Source: an uncultured Gemmatimonadales bacterium
Lineage (GTDB): Bacteria; Gemmatimonadota; Gemmatimonadetes; Gemmatimonadales; GWC2-71-9
NCBI GenBank assembly: GCA_963695555.1
Contig: CAVOGR010000002.1
Coordinates: 192,001 to 256,000 of the forward strand
DNA length: 64,000 nt
Direction: 5' to 3'
Shown here: positions 19,116 to 29,379 of the stretch, one piece after another
Position numbering within the stretch: the stretch's first letter is position 1
Layout of the letters: each line of letters opens with the position of its first letter
The notes under the pieces: model-generated
What the model saw: the letters and a program-made list of their open reading frames with translations, nothing else
Told to the model about the DNA's origin: nothing
Database searches by the model: none
Position numbers and translations under genes: made by a program

Positions 19116-20390
19116 CTACAACTTGATCAGCTCGACCCGGCGGTTCTGCTGCCGGCCCTCCGGCGTGTCGTTGTTGGCCACGGCCTCGGTCTCGCCCTTG
19201 CCCCGGTCTTCCAGCCGGCTCTGGTCGATGCCGTAGGTCTCGACCAGGTACCGGCGCACCGACGCGGCCCGGCGCTCGGAGAGGCTTTGGTTCGACGCGT
19301 CATCGCCGACGGCATCGGTGTGCCCGACGATGGCGATCCGGAGATCGGGGTGAGACGCCATCATGTCGCCCATCTGTTCGAGCGTCGGGGTGGACTCCGG
19401 CTTAATCCGATCGCTGCCGGTGTCGAACAGGATGCCTTGGGTGGAGACCCGGCCCTCGGCCTCCAGCACGTCATACAGATCCCGTCCGCCCTCGGCGATG
19501 CGGATCGGGCCGAGGTAGAGCGGGTTCTCTGCGCTCCCCGAGTAGATGTTCTCGATGTAGATCTCAGCCGAGCGCCGGAATTCGGCGTTGGGAATATTCG
19601 CAACACGACGCTCCCGCACGTACACCTTGGCATACCGACCGTCGACCATAATACGGATCGGGACCAACCCGGTCTCGACTTCAGGAGACCGATTCGTGGA
19701 CTCGACGCCAGCCTTTGCGCGCGTGGTGACTCCGGTCCCGTGAGCCACGCCGATCTGGAAGAAGTTCCCTTCGAGCGTGTTCCAGTACTTTCCCGGCTCG
19801 GGCGCGGTCGTCGAGACGATCATCCTATGGTTGCCATGTGTGAAGTGCGCGTCGAGCTCGATCGTGAAGCTCTGGGGCAATTCACGCGGGAGTGCGATCT
19901 TCACAGCCGCATGCCGAGGCCCCGTGTTCCGGAGGAGCCGCTGGCCCTCCCACTCGATGATCTCCCAGTTGCCCCGGACGAACTCGAGCCGCTTCGGGAA
20001 GTCTCCCACGCGGTCCGCGGAAAAATCGTCAGCAAAGAGTATGCGGTTGCCCGGCACGAAGTCGTAGTTGGCCCACACGCCTTCACCGGGCTTGGCCGGT
20101 ACGGCCGCGTCGGCGTCCACGACCTCCCCGTCCTGGTCCACAATGACGACTTGCTTGCCGTCCTTCTCCGCTTGCTCGATGCAGTCGGAGTCGCCCGCTG
20201 TACAGCGGATCTCGTTTTCGGTCTTGTCCAACGCCTCGTCGATCTCTTTGTCTACCGCCCGGTCGACCTTGCGTTCGATTTTCTTCTTGAGGCCGCCAAG
20301 CTGGCCGACGGCGGGGGTGGGAGCGGCCACGAGGCCACCAACCAGAAGACCAATAGCAGCTACGCGAAGGGTCAGCATCATTTCCTCCAT
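19116..20390 (-). CDS. OmpA-family protein (C-terminal peptidoglycan-binding domain)
   Basis: Signal peptide; ILFDTGS, GHTDAVG, NQSLSERRA, GRQQNRRVE. Confidence 0.9.
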   Translation of the reverse strand: MEEMMLTLRVAAIGLLVGGLVAAPTPAVGQLGGLKKKIERKVDRAVDKEIDEALDKTENEIRCTAGDSDCIEQAEKDGKQVVIVDQDGEVVDADAAVPAKPGEGVWANYDFVPGNRILFADDFSADRVGDFPKRLEFVRGNWEIIEWEGQRLLRNTGPRHAAVKIALPRELPQSFTIELDAHFTHGNHRMIVSTTAPEPGKYWNTLEGNFFQIGVAHGTGVTTRAKAGVESTNRSPEVETGLVPIRIMVDGRYAKVYVRERRVANIPNAEFRRSAEIYIENIYSGSAENPLYLGPIRIAEGGRDLYDVLEAEGRVSTQGILFDTGSDRIKPESTPTLEQMGDMMASHPDLRIAIVGHTDAVGDDASNQSLSERRAASVRRYLVETYGIDQSRLEDRGKGETEAVANNDTPEGRQQNRRVELIKL

Positions 20391-20550
20391 TCCGGAATAC
20401 CTAGATGGCTAAGGTACCCCCAGATCGGCGACGTGCCAACCCTGACTGGAACGTGATGACGCGTGCATGGCCGGTGGAATCATCCACCGACCGGGCGTCG
20501 CGCGCGCATATGAGGGAAGTAGTGACGGCGAGCCCGCCGCGGTCCGGACT

Positions 20551-20898
20551 CTACGGGTGTTGGATGCCGAGGTACCAGAACAACGCGAGCAACGCGAAGA
20601 GAATGATCGCCGCGATGATGATGGGGAACACGAAGACCGAGCTGAAGATCTTGCTGTCCTGCTTCAGGTGCATATAGAACATGGCCACCAAGGCGAATTT
20701 GGCCGCCGACAGCAGTAGTAAGATCTCCACGATCAGCGGCTCGACAACCGCGGCCAGCCCCGCCGGGGCGCCGCTGCGGGCGACTTCGTATGCGCCCACT
20801 TCGAGGGCCGTCAGGGCGAACAGGGTCAGAGCGATCTTGATGTAGACCGCGGTCCCCGGATGGGGTTTCTCGTGCGCTGTTGTCGCTTGATCGTTCAT
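20551..20898 (-). CDS. ctaF: cytochrome c oxidase subunit IV
   Basis: LTALEV, KFALVAMFYMHLK; last gene of the cox operon. Confidence 0.85.
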   Translation of the reverse strand: MNDQATTAHEKPHPGTAVYIKIALTLFALTALEVGAYEVARSGAPAGLAAVVEPLIVEILLLLSAAKFALVAMFYMHLKQDSKIFSSVFVFPIIIAAIILFALLALFWYLGIQHP

Positions 20899-20908
20899 AT
20901 ATGGGTTC

Positions 20909-21538
20909 TCACCGCATCAGGTACACGACGGGGAAGATCACGATCCACACCACATCGACGAAATGCCAGTACAATGCCGCAATCTCGAGGTTCAGCGATT
21001 TGTCGGGCGGCAGCTTCCCGCGCAGCCCGAGAATCCAGATCGTCAGAAGCCAAATCAGCCCGATCGTGACGTGGGTGCCATGGAAGCCCGTGAGGGTGTA
21101 GAAGGTCGACCCGAACAGATTGGTGGTGTAGCCCAAGCCCTCGTGAGCGAAATGATAGAACTCGTACACCTGCATGCCGACGAAGAACACGCCGCAGAAG
21201 ATCGTGGCGCCAAGCCAACCCAGGAGGGCACGTCGGTCTCCGCGCTGGGCCCCAGCCAGGGCCATCACGACAAAGAATGAGCTGAAGAGAAGCAGCGCCG
21301 TCCCCGTGGTGACGAGGGGAATCTGGAGGATGGGCTCGAATTCCTGGCCGGTCGGCGAGGTCCATGGCTCGTGCGGAAACGGCCCAACCAGGCTCTTCCC
21401 CTTGTAGACCAGATAGACCGAAATGAGCGACGCGAAGAACAGGCACTCGGACCCGATGAAGGCCCAGATCGCGAGCTTCCGGGAATCGAGGCCCGTGCTC
21501 GTTTCGATGGGGATCGCGTGTGCGGAGTCGTGTGACAC
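20909..21538 (-). CDS. ctaE: cytochrome c oxidase subunit III
   Basis: FIGSECLFF, TGFHGTHV, LYWHFVDVVW. Confidence 0.95.
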   Translation of the reverse strand: MSHDSAHAIPIETSTGLDSRKLAIWAFIGSECLFFASLISVYLVYKGKSLVGPFPHEPWTSPTGQEFEPILQIPLVTTGTALLLFSSFFVVMALAGAQRGDRRALLGWLGATIFCGVFFVGMQVYEFYHFAHEGLGYTTNLFGSTFYTLTGFHGTHVTIGLIWLLTIWILGLRGKLPPDKSLNLEIAALYWHFVDVVWIVIFPVVYLMR

Positions 21539-21561
21539 GAACGGTCTATCCCAGACTGGAG

Positions 21562-23385
21562 TTAGCCGGCGGGCTCAAAGGCCCAGGAAAAGATACCAAG
21601 CGCGGTGATGGCGCCACCGGCGAGAATCACCCAGAGATTCACTCCGAGCAGGAAGCCGACAAAGAAGACGGCGATCCCGAGGGCGGTGACAATGGGCCAG
21701 AAGGACGGATTGGGAAGATGGATCCCCTGCCCGCTCACCCGCTTGGGCTCGGGTGCCACGCCGTGGGTGCGCCGCTGCTCCCACAGCGGATCCCGTGAAT
21801 ACACGGTTGGCAACGCGCCAAAGTTGAACTCCTGTGGCGGCGAGGGAATCGACCACTCCAGGGTGCCACCCTCCCACGGGTCCGCCGGCGCGATGTTATG
21901 CCGTGAGCGAATGATGTTGTAGATGAACACGAGGAACGAGGCCCCGAGCACCAGTGAGCCAGCGGTCTCGATCCGGTTCCACAACTCGAACCCAAGCCCC
22001 TCCGGATAGGTATAGACCCGGCGTGGCATGCCGTTCAGGCCGAGGAAGTGCATGGGGAAGAACGTGACGTTCATGCCGATGAACGTGAGCCAAAAATGGA
22101 GTTTGCCCAATCCTTCGCCCAGCACGCGCCCGAACATCTTCGGATACCAGTAGTACGCGCCACCGAGCAACGCGAGGACCGAGCCGCCAAAGAGCACATA
22201 ATGAAAGTGCGCCACGACGAAATAAGTGTCGGTTTGCTGCAGGTCGGCGGGCGGAACCGAGTGCATGATGCCCGACAGCCCTCCGATGATGAACATGGCG
22301 ATGAAGCCAAGCGCGAAGTACATCGGGGTCTTCAATCGTAGAGAGCCGCCCCACACCGTGCCGATCCAGTTGAAGATCTTCACCCCGGTGGGAATGGCGA
22401 TGAGCATGGTCGCGAGGCCGAACACGGTGTCGGCGACCGGCCCCATGCCCGTTGCGAACATGTGGTGACTCCACACGCCGAAGCCGAGGAACGCGATGAG
22501 CGCCCCGGAAAAGACCATCGCCGCGTAGCCGAACAGCGGTTTACGCGAAAACACCGGCAGAATTTCCGAGATGATCCCAAAGGCCGGCAGGATGAGGATA
22601 TAGACCTCCGGGTGCCCGAAGATCCAGAATAAATGCTGCCAGAGCACCGGATCGCCGCCGCCCGCCGGAATGAAGAAGCTGGTGCCGAAGAATCGGTCGA
22701 CCATCAAAAGGATCAACGCCACCGTGATGACCGGGAACGCCAGCAAGAGCAGGATCTGCGTGATGAGGCTCATCCACACGAACATCGGCATGCGCATCAT
22801 GCGCATGCCGTGGCAGCGGAGATTGACGATCGTGACGAAGAAATTGACCGCCGCCGCCAGCGAGGCCACGCCCAAGATCTGGAGCCCGATCACCCAGAAG
22901 TCGACGTTCAGCCCGGGGCTGAACTGCTTCGACGTGAGATTGGCATACCCGAACCACCCGGCATTCGGTGCGGCATTGAGCAGAAAGCTCGAGTTCAAGA
23001 GCAGGCCGCCCAGCAAGAACACCCAGTAGCTGAACGCGTTGAGCCGGGGGAATGCGACGTCCCGCGCGCCGATCTGGAGCGGGATCATGAAGTTGAAGAA
23101 CATGGCCGACAACGGCATTACCCCGAGGAAAATCATCGTGGTGCCGTGCATCGTGAACAGCTGGTTGTATACGTCGGGCGACACGAACGTGTTGTCGGGC
23201 GCGCCGAGCTGCCAGCGCATGAGGAGGGCCTCGAGGCCGCCCAGGAGGAAGAAGAAGAAGGCCGTCACCCCGTAGAGAATCCCGATCCGTTTGTGATCGA
23301 CGGTCGTGATCCAGCTCCACAGACCCGTCGCGCGCGCATGCGCGTCGGAGGGTGGATGAGGCTGTTCTACTGCCGTGGTCGCCAT
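21562..23385 (-). CDS. ctaD: cytochrome c oxidase subunit I, A1 type
   Basis: DHKRIG, TMHG, GHPEVY, WSHHM, AHFHY, GMPRR. Confidence 0.97.
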   Translation of the reverse strand: MATTAVEQPHPPSDAHARATGLWSWITTVDHKRIGILYGVTAFFFFLLGGLEALLMRWQLGAPDNTFVSPDVYNQLFTMHGTTMIFLGVMPLSAMFFNFMIPLQIGARDVAFPRLNAFSYWVFLLGGLLLNSSFLLNAAPNAGWFGYANLTSKQFSPGLNVDFWVIGLQILGVASLAAAVNFFVTIVNLRCHGMRMMRMPMFVWMSLITQILLLLAFPVITVALILLMVDRFFGTSFFIPAGGGDPVLWQHLFWIFGHPEVYILILPAFGIISEILPVFSRKPLFGYAAMVFSGALIAFLGFGVWSHHMFATGMGPVADTVFGLATMLIAIPTGVKIFNWIGTVWGGSLRLKTPMYFALGFIAMFIIGGLSGIMHSVPPADLQQTDTYFVVAHFHYVLFGGSVLALLGGAYYWYPKMFGRVLGEGLGKLHFWLTFIGMNVTFFPMHFLGLNGMPRRVYTYPEGLGFELWNRIETAGSLVLGASFLVFIYNIIRSRHNIAPADPWEGGTLEWSIPSPPQEFNFGALPTVYSRDPLWEQRRTHGVAPEPKRVSGQGIHLPNPSFWPIVTALGIAVFFVGFLLGVNLWVILAGGAITALGIFSWAFEPAG

Positions 23386-23419
23386 GCCGACTCCGTCAAC
23401 TGCAAGGTCGAAGCAGGGA

Positions 23420-24493
23420 TTAGGGTGTTGCCGCCAGCGCCGGGGGCAACGTCGTCACCCGCTGGGTTCGTAGGTACGCCACCAACGCACGAATGTCGTC
23501 CTCGCTCAAGCCGAGGTTCGGCATCAGCGCACCCTGCTTGTATTCCTGTGGGTTCCGGAGCCAGCGCGCGAGGTTGGCATCGGTGTTCGGAAGCGACCCG
23601 GCCGCAATCGTCAGCCGGCCGCCGATGTTCGCCAGGTTGGGCCCAACGAGGCCGGCGGGTGGATCGACCGCCCGGAGCGCGTGGCAACCCACACACGCCC
23701 GCGTGGCGAACAGCGCCTGCCCTGCCAAGGCCAGGCTGTCCCCGTCGAACACCGGCACCGGGGCGCTGGCCGCCGACATCCGCGCCACCCACGCATCGAA
23801 ATCCGCCGGAGCCGTGGCGATGACCCGATGGGCCATCCGCCCGTGCTGGATGCCGCAAAACTCCGCGCACTGCCCCGGGAAAACCCCCGCCTCTTCAGCG
23901 GTAAACCAGAGCCGGTTATCCCGTCCATAAAACACATCACGCTTGGCGGCCAGCTGGGGAATCCAGAAGCTGTGGAGCACGTCCGCGGTTCGCATTCGCA
24001 GGTCCACAGGCCGGCCCACGGGCACATACATCTCGCTGGCGGTTGTGATGTTGAACTCGGGATACCGGAACTCCCACCACCACTGGTGGCCGATCACTTC
24101 GATGACCAGCGGGTCGCCGGGCGGGGGCTCGGCGGTCCGGAAAATGGTCCGCACCGTCGGAATCGCGATGAACACCAGGATGGTGGCAGGAATGATGGTC
24201 CAAATCACCTCGAGCAGCGCATTCCCGTGAAACTGCGAGGCCTCCGGGCCCCCGGGCCTCTCTCGGTACTTGAAGATCGCGAAGAGCAAGGCACCCTCGA
24301 CCAGCACGAAGACCCCGGCTGCCCACCACACCGTGGACCGGAACAGCGTGTCAACGGCCCGGGCAAAGTCGCCTTTTGGGGCCAGCGTGGTCTGTGGGTA
24401 GTTCTCCGCGCACCCGGCCAGAACCAGGAGGACGAGACCGAGAAGTGGCGCAAATCGGCGGAGGCGGCGCCGCGCAGCAGGGGGAATGCGCAT
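23420..24493 (-). CDS. ctaC: cytochrome c oxidase subunit II with fused cytochrome c (caa3-type)
   Basis: Lipobox LAGC, QWWW, DVLHSF, CuA motif CAEFCGIQHGRM, heme motif CVGCH. Confidence 0.95.
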   Translation of the reverse strand: MRIPPAARRRLRRFAPLLGLVLLVLAGCAENYPQTTLAPKGDFARAVDTLFRSTVWWAAGVFVLVEGALLFAIFKYRERPGGPEASQFHGNALLEVIWTIIPATILVFIAIPTVRTIFRTAEPPPGDPLVIEVIGHQWWWEFRYPEFNITTASEMYVPVGRPVDLRMRTADVLHSFWIPQLAAKRDVFYGRDNRLWFTAEEAGVFPGQCAEFCGIQHGRMAHRVIATAPADFDAWVARMSAASAPVPVFDGDSLALAGQALFATRACVGCHALRAVDPPAGLVGPNLANIGGRLTIAAGSLPNTDANLARWLRNPQEYKQGALMPNLGLSEDDIRALVAYLRTQRVTTLPPALAATP

Positions 24494-24619
24494 AAACGCG
24501 AGATACCGGGTCGGGATTCTTAGAAGAAAGCCGGATTTCAGGAGCCCGCAGGTTAGCGGGAAGTGACCCTCGTCGTCAAGGAAAAGCTTTAGTCTCGGCA
24601 GGATTGGATGGCCGTCCGG

Positions 24620-25990
24620 TTAGCGCGTTTCGCGCATCAGGGCCTCGATATCCGCTGGCGCGCGCGGAGCGCCGGCCGAGAGCAGCTCGTGTCCACGGGC
24701 GGTGACCAGAACGTCGTCCTCGATCCGGATGCCGATTCGTTCCTCGGGAATGTAGATACCCGGCTCGATCGTGAGCACCATCCCCTCGGCAAACGGCGTG
24801 CTGTAGTCCCCGACATCGTGGACATCCATCCCGAGCCAGTGGCTGAGCCCATGCACGAAATAGCGATCGCAGGTTCCCGGCTGGCACAGCTCGCCGGAGT
24901 GCTCCCGCATGTAGACCCGGGCAATTCGATTGAGATCCTGCGTGGTGACGCCGGGCCGGACCGAATCGATGGCGGCCTGTTGGGTCGCCAAGACCAGGTC
25001 GTAGAGCGCCCGCTGACGCTCGGTGAACGTGCCGGTTACCGGAACCGTGCGCGTGACGTCCGCCGTGTAATAGCCGAACTCGGCGCCGATATCCATCACC
25101 ACCAAGTCTCCCGCCTCACTCTGCCCGCGGCTCTTGTCATAGTGGAGCACGGTGGCATTGGTGCCGGCGCCTATAATGCTGGGAAAGCCCACGCGTTCCG
25201 CTCCGGAGCGTCGGAACGTGGCCTCGATCACCGCCTCGATCTCATATTCCCACATTCCCGGCCGGATGACCCGCATCGCGGCGCGCTCCGCTTCGGCGGT
25301 GATGTCGATCGCCCGACGCAGGCGTCTCAGCTCATCGGCATCCTTGACCAGCCGCCCCGCCGCAACCAGCGGACGTAAGTCCGATACCACGGGGGGCGTG
25401 CGCGACACACTGGGGCCGAACACCAGCTCGCGGAACAGCGGAACATCGCTCTCCCGCTCGCCACGCGAGATGTAGAGCCCACCGCTCCGAGCCGGAGAAT
25501 TGGGTCGTAGGACCAGGCGTCGGATGTCACGTTCGGCCTCGGTGTTAGCTCGGGTGTCCTCGATCCCGGTCAGCGCTGCGGCCTCGGGCCCGGGACCGAG
25601 GGCCGGACCGGTCCAGCGTTCGGCGATCGTATCTCGCGGAGGCAGGTAGAGGATCTCCTGGTCTGGCGCAGAGTCGCGTGCGACGAGAACCAGCCACGAG
25701 CCGGCGGTTTCGAGCCCCGTCAGGTAGAAGAAGTCGTTGTCCTGACGGAAGTCGCTGTCCTGAGGATGGGCGCCTTCGGCCTCGAGGCTGCGTTGATCCG
25801 CCGACCGGAGAATGGCCACACCAATACCCATCCGGTCGAGCAGCGCCGCGCGTCGCGCCTGCAGGTACTCGACCGGTACCGGCCCGGCGGGCGATCCGGC
25901 CTGGGCAAGCCCCGGCGCCGCAGCCACCAGCAGCGCCAGAGGAACCAACAGGAGGCCTCTAACGGATGGGCAGATCGAACGGAATCGCAT
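24620..25990 (-). CDS. pepP: Xaa-Pro aminopeptidase (M24B), with signal peptide
   Basis: FRQDNDFFYLTG, LHY, DIGAE..ADVTRT, HGLSHWLGMDVHD, TIEPGIY, IRIEDD; start at 25990 inferred. Confidence 0.9.
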   Translation of the reverse strand: MRFRSICPSVRGLLLVPLALLVAAAPGLAQAGSPAGPVPVEYLQARRAALLDRMGIGVAILRSADQRSLEAEGAHPQDSDFRQDNDFFYLTGLETAGSWLVLVARDSAPDQEILYLPPRDTIAERWTGPALGPGPEAAALTGIEDTRANTEAERDIRRLVLRPNSPARSGGLYISRGERESDVPLFRELVFGPSVSRTPPVVSDLRPLVAAGRLVKDADELRRLRRAIDITAEAERAAMRVIRPGMWEYEIEAVIEATFRRSGAERVGFPSIIGAGTNATVLHYDKSRGQSEAGDLVVMDIGAEFGYYTADVTRTVPVTGTFTERQRALYDLVLATQQAAIDSVRPGVTTQDLNRIARVYMREHSGELCQPGTCDRYFVHGLSHWLGMDVHDVGDYSTPFAEGMVLTIEPGIYIPEERIGIRIEDDVLVTARGHELLSAGAPRAPADIEALMRETR

Positions 25991-26669
25991 GATCGACCGA
26001 ATAGCTGAAGTGCCACCATTCCTTCTCATAATTCTCGAAACCCTCCGCCTCCATCGCGTGAAGCAAGATCTGACGGTGTCGTCGCACATCACCCTCGGCA
26101 TTAGCCGTATGAGCCGCCTCAGAAAACGTGTCGAACGGGGTCCCCATATCCAGTTCGAGTCCCGTGGACCGCTCGACCAGCGTGAGATCAACAGCAACGC
26201 CGAGGTTGTGGCGGCTCTGCCGGGCAATGTACCCCTCGGCGAGCAGGTGCTCCCGACCGGAGGACTCGGCCCACCGGACCATGGCCCGTGTGGCTCGGAC
26301 CGGGCGGTAGCCATCGAACACCTTGAGCCCGTACGGGCCGCCTCGGAGCCTGGCTTGAACCCGGCTCAGGGCCTCCGCCGCCTCCCGGCGCAGCAGCGCG
26401 CGTGGGGCCTCATATCCCGGCAACGGTATGCCGGTGAAGTTGTCGGCGCCCGCATACCGAGCCTCCACCACGATGGTCGTGTCCAGATCCGCGAGGTCCA
26501 CCAGCAGTGACTCGGCCAGCGTGCCCGAACCAATCGCGGCTCGGCCGAGGGCTGGGGGGGCGGTTGGGGAGGTCTCGGGATCGGGCGCCCGAACCCCGCA
26601 GGCCCCACCCACGGCGAACGTGGCAACGCAAAGCCAGCCGATCCCTCCGACACGCCGCATGGTCCTCAT
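25959..26669 (-). CDS. ddpX: D-alanyl-D-alanine dipeptidase (M15D, VanX/DdpX), probable lipoprotein
   Basis: DGYRP, SRHNLGVAVD, MGTPFD, EWWH; lipobox-like GGAC; start 26669 or 26660. Confidence 0.9.
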   Translation of the reverse strand: MRTMRRVGGIGWLCVATFAVGGACGVRAPDPETSPTAPPALGRAAIGSGTLAESLLVDLADLDTTIVVEARYAGADNFTGIPLPGYEAPRALLRREAAEALSRVQARLRGGPYGLKVFDGYRPVRATRAMVRWAESSGREHLLAEGYIARQSRHNLGVAVDLTLVERSTGLELDMGTPFDTFSEAAHTANAEGDVRRHRQILLHAMEAEGFENYEKEWWHFSYSVDHAIPFDLPIR

Positions 26670-26842
26670 TGCGGCGGAGAATACGCTGAACCGGTCGGAA
26701 TTGCCACGAGCGGTCTCGGTCAATTTGGGCTATCTTATTATCTTGGGCCGAGTTAGAGAGTATCTTGTCGGCCATCGAGGCCCCGGGCCATTATTCCACG
26801 GGTCGGGTTGGAACCCCCACAACCTCGAAACCAAGGGTTGCC

Positions 26843-27301
26843 ATGCTCCAGGAGATGCGCGACAAGCTCGGGCGGGAAATCCAAGAGCTGACACGCGAAC
26901 TGACTATCACGCTCCCCAAGGCGATCGCGCACGCGGTGCAGATGGGCGATCTCAGGGAAAACTCCGAATACAAGGCCGCTCTCGAACGGCAGCAATTCGT
27001 CCAGGCCAGGCTCGGTCAGCTGTCACAACGCCTGAGCCAGATGAGCATGATGCAGACGGGGAGAGGTCCGAAGGACCAGGCAGGCCTGGGCTCGACTATC
27101 ACCGTTGTGGACGTGGACACCGAGGAGGAGGAGGTCTACACCCTCGTGCTGGCCGAGCTCATGGACGTCGACGCCGGTCACATTTCCCTCGCCTCGCCCC
27201 TAGGCCAAGCGCTCCGCAACCGCAAAGTCGGTGACGAAGTGGAGCTTCGATTGCCGCATAGCACTCGGCACCTACGCATCACCAAGATCGAGACCCCCTA
27301 G
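26843..27301 (+). CDS. greA: transcription elongation factor GreA/GreB family
   Basis: GDLRENSEY acidic tip; ISLASPLGQAL...VGD. Confidence 0.92.
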   Translation: MLQEMRDKLGREIQELTRELTITLPKAIAHAVQMGDLRENSEYKAALERQQFVQARLGQLSQRLSQMSMMQTGRGPKDQAGLGSTITVVDVDTEEEEVYTLVLAELMDVDAGHISLASPLGQALRNRKVGDEVELRLPHSTRHLRITKIETP

Positions 27302-27312
27302 GACGGTGCACA

Positions 27313-27693
27313 ATGGATGAGGCCTCAGAGTTCCCGAAGAAACATCTCCTGGTCGTCGGTGACCGCGTGTTGATCACGCCCGAAGAAGGAGACGATCGCT
27401 CGAAAGTCGGGCTGTATCTTCCCCCGACCGCGGTCGACTCCCTTCAAGTGCAGAGCGGGCTCGTCGTGGCTACCGGACCCGGTGATCCGATTCCCGATCC
27501 AACCGCATTCGAGGAAGAGCCCTGGAAGGTGCGGAAGGTCGAAGGGCGAACTCGTCCACTGCAGGCGAAGATCGGCGATCGGGCGATCTTTTTCCGGAAG
27601 GCGGCAGTCGAAATCACGTTCGAAGCCAAGAAATACCTCGTCGTTCCCCATGCCGCGATCCTCGTGCTCCTGCGCGAGGAGTTCCCCGTTTAG
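27313..27693 (+). CDS. groES: GroES/Cpn10-family co-chaperone (no adjacent groEL)
   Basis: GDRVLI, GLYLP, GLVVATGPG, KIGDRAIF, YLVV. Confidence 0.82.
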   Translation: MDEASEFPKKHLLVVGDRVLITPEEGDDRSKVGLYLPPTAVDSLQVQSGLVVATGPGDPIPDPTAFEEEPWKVRKVEGRTRPLQAKIGDRAIFFRKAAVEITFEAKKYLVVPHAAILVLLREEFPV

Positions 27694-27714
27694 CCCTTCA
27701 CCACTCTCCACGCC

Positions 27715-28098
27715 ATGGCTCGCGCCCCTCTGACCGACAACGCCCGCCTCTATCGGCGCGCCATGTGGTTGGTGACCGTCTTCGGGCTCCTCGCGCTCAT
27801 GCTGGCAATCGCCGGCGCGCGAGGCCTTCTGCCCGTCGGGCTCGGCATTGCCGGTGGAGCGGTGTTCGGGATCAGCATCCTGTTGGCCGGGGTTCTCGGC
27901 ATCAAGATGCACCGCCAGGCGCTTGCCGACCGCGAGCTGGCGGCCCGGCGGGCAATGATCGTGATGCTGGCTGCAACACTGGGCAAGCAAGACGACTCGG
28001 CGCTCGAGCGAATCAAGACGCAGGGAGGCCCGGCCGGGGAGGCGGCAGCGCTCATTCTCGAGGGGCGCCAGGCTAAAGCGGGCGGACAGGCCCCCTAG
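27715..28098 (+). CDS. hypothetical membrane protein (2 TM)
   Basis: 127-aa ORF with two hydrophobic segments, co-oriented in the operon. Confidence 0.65.
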   Translation: MARAPLTDNARLYRRAMWLVTVFGLLALMLAIAGARGLLPVGLGIAGGAVFGISILLAGVLGIKMHRQALADRELAARRAMIVMLAATLGKQDDSALERIKTQGGPAGEAAALILEGRQAKAGGQAP

Positions 28099-28619
28099 TG
28101 TGCCATTTCGTCTACATGGCGACGCCCCTCACAGTAAGCGAGGTGCGATCCATGGTGCCGGTGGGACTGCGAGCGGATACGCTCCCGACGACCGACCAAC
28201 GCCCGTTCAAGGAACGCCACCTCGACGCCTACGTGGTGGTGCGGCTCCTGCGCGGGTCCTGCTCGTGCGATTTGGTGAAGGAGCGGAACCCTGATGGTCG
28301 CGCCGATGAGGCGGACCATCGACTCCGGTACCGGAAGATGGGCTGTTCGCGCGACCAAGTGATCCAGGCGCTCGATCGTCACCGCCGCGCGCTCGAGGAG
28401 CGCGCCCGTCCAGGGGGGCATTGGACGAAGGGCTTTGCCGATTTCGTGGCCGAGCACGCGCGGAACGCCGGGCCGACCCTCTACTACCGTCGGTTTTCAC
28501 CGGAGCCCTCGCCCCCGAGCTCGCTGCCGGACACCATAGCACGGATCACGGCCGCCGAGGTGCGGGCGAACCCCGGAACGTGGCTACCGGAGGACTCGCC
28601 GGTGTTGGTTGTGGCCTGA
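28098..28619 (+). CDS. hypothetical protein with MCH...CSCD motif
   Basis: 173-aa ORF whose GTG start overlaps the upstream TAG. Confidence 0.65.
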   Translation: MCHFVYMATPLTVSEVRSMVPVGLRADTLPTTDQRPFKERHLDAYVVVRLLRGSCSCDLVKERNPDGRADEADHRLRYRKMGCSRDQVIQALDRHRRALEERARPGGHWTKGFADFVAEHARNAGPTLYYRRFSPEPSPPSSLPDTIARITAAEVRANPGTWLPEDSPVLVVA

Positions 28620-28621
28620 GG

Positions 28622-29317
28622 TCATCCCCCGAAAAACCAGCGAATCACAAATTGGCCGTTGGTCTGGATCACGCTGGCGTCGAATTCGGGCGCCGGGACG
28701 GGAACAGGTGGCGGTGTTGGTAGCGGTTCGATCGAGGATTCGACATTCCCTGCCATGAGATATTGGATTTGTATCTCGCCTCCCATGCTGAACCGAGGGG
28801 CGAAGAAATATTCACCACCTGCAACGGCGCTCAGGACTTTGTCCGTCCGATTGGCCTTGCGTTTGGTCGGCGGGGACGGCGAGAACGCAGTCAGCTGGCT
28901 CTCCGATAAGCGGTTGAAGGCGATACTCGGCCCGACATAGGTTTGGACCTTTTCGGCCAGGGGAAAGAGGTAGTGGAGGGCAACGCCCGCGCTCCATTGG
29001 GTGAGATTTTGCTCGAACCGACTGACGGCGTCGTAGACGTCCTCCGAGAAATGCCAGTAGCCAAGAGCCGGCTGGAGCCGGATCCTCGAGGACACCCGAA
29101 TAGGCACCAGGATCATTCCGGTCCTGCCGTCCGCTTCAAACCCGAAGACCGACGTGACAGCGGTGGGGGCGGCATCGAGCGCAATGCCCAATCCGATGGT
29201 TCCCGACCCCCGTTCCTGGGCAGACAGCGGGGTGAGGAGAATCGTACCGAGCACGAGACCGAGCCATTGATTTCGTTGCACGAGCAAGCTCCGCGTGATG
29301 GGCAAAACCGAGAGCAA
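28622..29317 (-). CDS. outer-membrane beta-barrel protein
   Basis: Signal peptide, alternating beta-strands, GGEYFFAPRFS, aromatic C-terminus (IRWFF); start uncertain. Confidence 0.75.
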   Translation of the reverse strand: MLSVLPITRSLLVQRNQWLGLVLGTILLTPLSAQERGSGTIGLGIALDAAPTAVTSVFGFEADGRTGMILVPIRVSSRIRLQPALGYWHFSEDVYDAVSRFEQNLTQWSAGVALHYLFPLAEKVQTYVGPSIAFNRLSESQLTAFSPSPPTKRKANRTDKVLSAVAGGEYFFAPRFSMGGEIQIQYLMAGNVESSIEPLPTPPPVPVPAPEFDASVIQTNGQFVIRWFFGG

Positions 29318-29379
29318 TGATAACCACGTCCGGCGAATGACCTAGTCCGCTTCTTCGGGAAGGCCGGATGAGGGGCACC

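Noticed and set aside
20424..20440. Possible sigma54 promoter upstream of the OmpA gene (minus-strand TTGGCACG)
   Set aside because: No GC at the -12 position
20551..24493. Missing ctaA/ctaB and extended subunit I as a novelty
   Set aside because: A long subunit I with short subunit III is known in caa3/bo3 oxidases, and assembly genes are often elsewhere
25959..26669. Vancomycin resistance (vanX) locus
   Set aside because: No vanH/vanA/vanRS nearby; M15D dipeptidases are widespread
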